Assembly (NCBI GenBank): GCA_963771175.1
Contig: CAVYSY010000051.1
Coordinates: 140,808-204,807 of the forward strand
Reading direction: 5' to 3'
From: an uncultured delta proteobacterium
GTDB taxonomy: Bacteria > Myxococcota > Myxococcia > Myxococcales > Myxococcaceae
DNA length: 64,000 nt
Part shown: piece after piece, positions 59,137-64,000 of the stretch
Layout of the letters: each line of letters opens with the position of its first letter
Position numbering within the stretch: the first letter of the stretch is position 1
Translations under genes and position numbers: made by a program
The notes under the pieces: model-generated
The model's input: only the letters and a program-made list of their open reading frames with translations
The model's database searches: none
What the model was told of the DNA's origin: nothing

Positions 59137-59197
59137 TCCGTCTCCGGTGTGGCAACTGAAGGGCCGTCAGACTTCCAACCCTTGGGAAGGCGCCGGG

Positions 59198-59227
59198 ATG
59201 TTAGGCACCTCGCATTCGGGCTGTCAA
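59198..59227 (-). promoter_or_regulatory. sigma70-like promoter for the Hsp70 operon
   Basis: Minus strand TTGACA-18 bp-TAACAT. Confidence 0.5.
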
Positions 59228-59350
59228 ACGTTCCGTGTGGGTAAACCCCAGTCCTTTCAAGGGGTTGGCAAGGTATACCAGGGGGCCGGGCTCGGGTTGA
59301 GGGGGCCGGGTGGCGTCATTATCTATTGGTTGAACAAGGGGGTGTACCGC

Positions 59351-60181
59351 ATGTCCGTCGCGCTGGCCGTCCTGACGTCCGATCCGAACCTGCTGCGGTG
59401 CGAGCTGCATCGGCTGGAAGGGCAGGTCGCTCTCCAGGGAGAGGGACGGTCCAATGCAGTGGGCATCGGCGCCTACTCCCAGGATGACGTCCTCCTGCAG
59501 CGGTTCCCTCGCGGCGCGGACCTGACGCTGGAGTCGCTCGCTCCGCGGCACGAGACCGAGGCGCTGCTCTTCCACTCCCGGCGGCTGCCCGTGGGGTTGT
59601 CGCTGGAGGAGAACACCCAGCCCTTCCGCTCGCGGCGCTGGCTGTTCGCGCACCAGGGCGAGCTCCAGGGCTTCGCCGACATGCGGACCTCGCTGCTGGA
59701 CTCCGTGCCGGACTTCCTCAAGCGGCAGATTCGCGGGGAGACGGACAGTGAGGTGGCCTTCGCCTGCTTCCTCCAGCGGCTGTGGGAGACGGGGCACGCG
59801 GATGACCCGCGCCTGGATGCCGAGGTAGCGGGCAGGCTGCTGGCGGACACGGCCCGGGCGCTGTCGAAGGCCTCGGCGCAGGCGGGGGCCGCGCGCACCT
59901 CCACGGTGAACCTCTTCGCCACCAACGGCCGCATCCTGGTGGCCACGCGCCTGGGCGGCCAACCGCTGTACTACACGCGGCTGGAGGGGACGGACAGGTG
60001 CGAGGTGTGTGGCATCACCCCCACCACGCCCGAGACGCAGCCGGGAGTGGTGGCGCACCGGCGGAGGCGCTCGGTGGTGGTGGCCACGCACGTGAAGCGC
60101 CCGGCGGGCTGGGTGGAGCTGCCCGAGGGCACCACGCTGGCGGTGTCGGCGGACCTGCAGGTGCGCCACCTGACGCCGTAG
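59351..60181 (+). CDS. Class II glutamine amidotransferase-like protein (EgtC/YafJ-like)
   Basis: ENTQPF, WLFAHQG, IRGETDSE motifs. Confidence 0.85.
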   Translation: MSVALAVLTSDPNLLRCELHRLEGQVALQGEGRSNAVGIGAYSQDDVLLQRFPRGADLTLESLAPRHETEALLFHSRRLPVGLSLEENTQPFRSRRWLFAHQGELQGFADMRTSLLDSVPDFLKRQIRGETDSEVAFACFLQRLWETGHADDPRLDAEVAGRLLADTARALSKASAQAGAARTSTVNLFATNGRILVATRLGGQPLYYTRLEGTDRCEVCGITPTTPETQPGVVAHRRRRSVVVATHVKRPAGWVELPEGTTLAVSADLQVRHLTP

Positions 60182-60904
60182 TCAGACGCCGAAGAAGGAC
60201 GCCTCGAGGAAGCGCACGAAGAGGTTGGCGGCGGCGTGGAAGAGGGCGGCGCCCACCACGCTGCCGGTGCGCTCGCGCATCCAGCCGAAGAGCAGGGCGG
60301 GGAAGAAGACGGACAGGCGCCACACCTGGAAGATGGCGAGGTGGCCGAGTGCGAAGAGCACCGCCGTCAGCCAGAAGGCGGGCCCCAGCCGGGCGCCGAG
60401 GAAGCGCCGGCCCTGGGGCCATGCGTCGCGCAGGCGCGCCTGCATGTAGCCCCGGTAGAAGAACTCCTCCGGCAGCGCCACCACGAAGAGCTGGTCCACC
60501 ACCCACTCGCCGAAGCGGGGCGGCAGGCGCGGGGTGAAGTGCGCGGGGCCTCGGAAGGGGGCCAGCAGGCGCGCCAGCTCCGAGGGCAGGTGGGGCAGCA
60601 CCTCCGTCCACAGGGCGAAGCCCGCGAAGAAGAGGGGGAACACCACCAGGCTCATGCCCAGGAAGAGGCGCACGTCCTGGCGCCAGTGGCGCGAGGTGAG
60701 GCCGTAGTCGCGGTAGTCCTCGCCCCGCCAGCGCATGGGGATGAGCGGCAGGTAGAGGAAGCCCACCGTGGCCACCAGCTTGGGGACGCCGGAGTTTCCG
60801 AAGAGGAGGAAGGCGATGATGATGCCCAGGAAGCCGAGCGCCCACAGGCCCACCACCTCCTGCACGGCCGTTGGACGCCAGGGCGTGGCCACCGAGGTGC
60901 TCAC
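60182..60904 (-). CDS. CPBP-family intramembrane glutamic protease, myxosortase-like
   Basis: LPEEFFYRG, FALGH, FHAAAN motifs. Its position next to a trypsin-like gene and polX matches my recollection of the myxosortase locus. Confidence 0.8.
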   Translation of the reverse strand: MSTSVATPWRPTAVQEVVGLWALGFLGIIIAFLLFGNSGVPKLVATVGFLYLPLIPMRWRGEDYRDYGLTSRHWRQDVRLFLGMSLVVFPLFFAGFALWTEVLPHLPSELARLLAPFRGPAHFTPRLPPRFGEWVVDQLFVVALPEEFFYRGYMQARLRDAWPQGRRFLGARLGPAFWLTAVLFALGHLAIFQVWRLSVFFPALLFGWMRERTGSVVGAALFHAAANLFVRFLEASFFGV

Positions 60905-61503
60905 GGGGTGGCCACCTGCTGCTTGGCGGCGAGCTGCTTCTTGACGGACTCGAGGGGCAGGGCGCGGCAGCCACGGCCCTTGCGCTGGACGGACACCGCC
61001 ACCAGCCGGCCATTCGAGTCGAAGAGGGGGCTGCCCGGGGGCAACGCGAGGTCCACGTCGATGAAGGGCTCGGGGGCCTTGCGCGCCAGGGCGGCCTCGG
61101 GCCTGTCCTTCTGCTTGCCGCGCCCCCGGAGGATGCCGATGAGCCACTGGCCGGCGGGGCTCTCGGAGGAGACGCGCACGGGGGCGGCGGGGTAGTCGCC
61201 AGCCGGGGCGGCGACGACCGCCACCTTCAGGTACCCGTTGGCGAGCACCACCGTGGCCGGCAGCGTGCGCCCGTCGTACTCCACCTGTGCGGTGTCCAGG
61301 CTGACGTGGCGCACGGAGGTGAGCACCTGGCCCTCGGCGCCCACGATGATGCCCGGGCCGGACTCGCGGGGCCCGAGCACCCGCACCACCGAGCGCTCAT
61401 ACAGGGCCAGCGCCTTCTGCAGGTCGGCGCGCGAGGGGCGCTCCTCGGCGGAGGCGCTGGTGGCGAACAGGGCGAGGACGAGTGCGAGCAGGCGGCGCGA
61501 CAA
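60901..61503 (-). CDS. Secreted trypsin-like fold protein, probably catalytically degenerate
   Basis: Signal peptide; SVVRV..GPGIIV..GQVLTSVRHV; PGSPLFDSNGRLVAV. Confidence 0.75.
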   Translation of the reverse strand: MSRRLLALVLALFATSASAEERPSRADLQKALALYERSVVRVLGPRESGPGIIVGAEGQVLTSVRHVSLDTAQVEYDGRTLPATVVLANGYLKVAVVAAPAGDYPAAPVRVSSESPAGQWLIGILRGRGKQKDRPEAALARKAPEPFIDVDLALPPGSPLFDSNGRLVAVSVQRKGRGCRALPLESVKKQLAAKQQVATP

Positions 61504-61719
61504 AGCTCGGCGAGCCTAAACCATCTGGGCCAGGTTCTCGCGGGGGTTTGTATCGCTCGGACGCCGATGCGTCATTCCACGGTGCGTCGCTGGGCGTGGC
61601 TACCCCGGGTCCCGCCATATGGCCTCGGTCTGCGCGGCCACGTTCAGAGCGAACTGCTCGACCAGCGCCTCCAACTTCATCACCAGATTCCCTTCGTCAC
61701 GACAAGCCGGCCGGATTTG

Positions 61720-63459
61720 TCAGGCCGCTCGCAGCTTCCGGAGCTTCTCCACGAAGCGCTCCGCGGGGAGGGTGTTGAGGATGTTCCCCTTGCGCGCCCA
61801 GCCCCGGCGCGCGGTGGCCACGGCGAAGGCCAGGTTGCCCAGGCCCTCGGTGTTGTGGGCGTCGCAGCTCACCACCAGCGTCACCCCACGCTGGACGGCC
61901 TGGCGCACGTGCTCGGCCTTGAGGTCCAACCGCGAGGGCGAGCCGTTGATCTCCACCACCACCCCTCGCTCGGCGGCCCTGTCGAGCACCTCCTCCATCC
62001 GCAGCGGGTAGGGCTCCCGGCTCTGGATGAGCCGCCCCGTGGGGTGCCCGAGGATGTGGAGGTGCGGGTTGTCGAACGCCTGCAGCACCCGGCGCGTCAT
62101 CTGCTCCTCGTCCATGCCGTGCCGCACGTGGACGGAGCCGATGACCACCTCGAGCTTCTCCAGCACGGCGTCCGAATAGTCGAGCGCGCCGCTCTCCAGG
62201 ATGTCCACCTCGATGCCCTTGAGGAGCCGCAGGCCCTGGACGGTCTCGTTGACGCGGTCGATCTCGTCCCACTGGCGGCGCAGGTCGTCCTCCTTGAGAC
62301 CGCCGGCGTAGATGGCCGCCTGGCTGTGCTCGGTGACGGTGAGGTACTTCAGCCCCAGCGCCTTCGCCGCCCGCGCCATCTCCTCCAGCGAGTTCTTCCC
62401 GTCGGACCAGGTGCTGTGCGCGTGCACGGCGCCCTGGATGTCCTCCAGCGTGACGAGGTCCTCGGGCAGCCGGCCCTCGAGCGCGGCCTCGATCTCCCCG
62501 GTGTCCTCGCGCAGCTCGGGCGGGATGTACTGCATGCCGAGCAGCCGGTAGAGCGCGGCCTCGTCGGGGACGAGCAGCTTCTTGCCGTCGGCGTCGTGGA
62601 CGCCCCACTCGGAGATCTTCAGCCCCCGCTCGTGGGCGAGCCCGCGCAGCCGCACGTGGTGGGCCTTGGAGCCGGTGAAGTGGTGCAGGGCGGTGGCGAA
62701 GTCCTCGTCGGGGAGGACGCGCAGGTCCACCTGGAGGTCCTTCTCGTGCAGCCGCACCGAGCACTTGCTCTCGCCCCGGCCGATGACGTGGGCGACCTCG
62801 GGGGCGCTGGAGAACACATCGAACACCGCGGTGGCGTCGGGCGCGGAGGCGATGAGGTCCACGTCCCCGATGGTCTCGGCGCGCCGGCGCACGCTGCCCC
62901 CGAGGCTCGCGCGCACCACGCCGGGGGCGGTCTTGATGGATTCGAGGAGCCGCTCCGCCACGGGCAGGACCTCCCCGAGCAGGCGCCGGGGATTGCGGGT
63001 GCGCCGGTACAGCTCGATGCCGGCGAGGATCTTCGCCTCGCTCTTCTCCCCGAAGCCCGCGAGCTGGCGCACGCGGCCCTCGCGGCAGGCCTTCTCCAGG
63101 GCGTCGACGCCATCCACCCCGAGCTGGCGCGCCAGGGCGAGGGCCTTCTTCGGGCCCAGGTCGGGCACCTGGACGAGCTCCAGGATGCCCGGGGGGAACT
63201 CGGCGCGCAGCGCGTCGTAGTAGGCGAGCTTGCCGGTGGTGATCAGCTCGGAGACCTTCTCGGCGATCGCCTGACCGATCCCCGGGAGATCCTGCAGGCG
63301 ACCCTCGCGGACCAGGGCGCCGAGATCCTCGCCGAGGCCGGTGATGCGGTCGGCGGCGGTGTCGTAGGCGCGGCTGCGGAAGGGGTTCTCCCCCTTCATC
63401 TGGAGGAGGAGCGAGATGTCCCGGAGGACCTGGGCCACGGTTGCTTTGTCGGGGGGCAT
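61720..63459 (-). CDS. polX: DNA polymerase X with PHP domain
   Basis: GENPFRSRAY, HhH motifs, GSVRR..TIGDVDL, HFTGSKAH, HAHSTWSDG, HPTGR, CDAH. Confidence 0.95.
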   Translation of the reverse strand: MPPDKATVAQVLRDISLLLQMKGENPFRSRAYDTAADRITGLGEDLGALVREGRLQDLPGIGQAIAEKVSELITTGKLAYYDALRAEFPPGILELVQVPDLGPKKALALARQLGVDGVDALEKACREGRVRQLAGFGEKSEAKILAGIELYRRTRNPRRLLGEVLPVAERLLESIKTAPGVVRASLGGSVRRRAETIGDVDLIASAPDATAVFDVFSSAPEVAHVIGRGESKCSVRLHEKDLQVDLRVLPDEDFATALHHFTGSKAHHVRLRGLAHERGLKISEWGVHDADGKKLLVPDEAALYRLLGMQYIPPELREDTGEIEAALEGRLPEDLVTLEDIQGAVHAHSTWSDGKNSLEEMARAAKALGLKYLTVTEHSQAAIYAGGLKEDDLRRQWDEIDRVNETVQGLRLLKGIEVDILESGALDYSDAVLEKLEVVIGSVHVRHGMDEEQMTRRVLQAFDNPHLHILGHPTGRLIQSREPYPLRMEEVLDRAAERGVVVEINGSPSRLDLKAEHVRQAVQRGVTLVVSCDAHNTEGLGNLAFAVATARRGWARKGNILNTLPAERFVEKLRKLRAA

Positions 63460-63608
63460 CACGGGAGGAAGGTAATGCCCTCGGAAGGGGGGTGCAGGCG
63501 AGCGGAAAAGCAAGGTCTCCCCGCACGCAAGCCCTCCCCGGTCCCGGCCATGTCGGGATAGAAGGGCGCCCGGTTGTTGATTCCAGAGAGCTACGAGAGA
63601 CGGAGCCG

Positions 63609-63926
63609 ATGAAGATCAAGCTCGGACCGGCGGACTTCGCCGAGAAGGAAATGCGGGGCTACGAGGTGGGCAAGCGCAGCCTGTGCGTTGCGCGGATCAA
63701 CGGGCGCTACAAGGGGCTCGACGACTGGTGCAACCACGCGGGGTGTCTGCTGTCCGGGGGCCGCCTGGAGGGGAACATGGTCGTCTGCCCCTGCCACGAG
63801 GTCGGCTTCGACATGGACTCGGGGAAGAACGAGACCTCGCCGGGCGTGTGCGATGACCAGCCCACGGTGAAGCTCGACGTCGAGAACGGCGAGCTGGTGG
63901 TCGAGCTGTCCGAGAAGGACCTGTAG
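63609..63926 (+). CDS. Rieske [2Fe-2S] ferredoxin
   Basis: CNH and CPCH motifs. Confidence 0.9.
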   Translation: MKIKLGPADFAEKEMRGYEVGKRSLCVARINGRYKGLDDWCNHAGCLLSGGRLEGNMVVCPCHEVGFDMDSGKNETSPGVCDDQPTVKLDVENGELVVELSEKDL

Positions 63927-63939
63927 GAGGAGGATCGGG

Positions 63940-64000
63940 ATGGCACACGAGGGACACGACCACGACGACCATGACCACGGGGATGGTCACGGGCACCACC
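63940..64000 (+). CDS. 5' end of a protein with a His-rich N-terminus (partial)
   Basis: GGAGGAGG RBS then MAHEGHDHDDHDHGDGHGHH; runs off the window. Confidence 0.6.
   Translation, partial: MAHEGHDHDDHDHGDGHGHH

Overview
High-GC myxobacterial chromosome segment. Gene content and synteny point to a Myxococcales/Archangium-Cystobacter-like organism (inference). Most of the window is backbone: AMIN-domain protein, lptD, XRE regulator, TetR-crotonase-BKACE operon, M23 peptidase, a holin/DUF3618/YtxH small-protein cluster, a split complex I locus (nuoAB / nuoCDGHI) interrupted by a class III cyclase and a PaaI thioesterase, an MCP, Rrf2-deoxyhypusine synthase-OsmC, speA, a clpX paralog, Hsp70-J-protein-CvpA, myxosortase-like CPBP protease, polX and a Rieske ferredoxin. 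The accessory-looking block at ~37.3-51.9 kb holds two systems. The first is bshC-bshA (bacillithiol), divergent from a secreted PIG-L deacetylase plus Na+/solute symporter. The second is a four-gene inorganic-carbon-uptake-like operon (SulP, DabA/DUF2309, DabB and an extra proton-antiporter-like subunit). That operon is preceded by a sigma54 consensus promoter and an ATAG-N8-CTAT palindrome and followed by a 5 x 41-bp tandem repeat. Other leads: a degenerate CHASE2 cyclase, a possible DHH/CorA-like fusion protein, and a two-gene cassette next to a P450 remnant. Many conserved genes carry small frameshifts in clustered patches, most likely sequencing or assembly errors. All product calls come from motif recognition by eye; no database searches were run.
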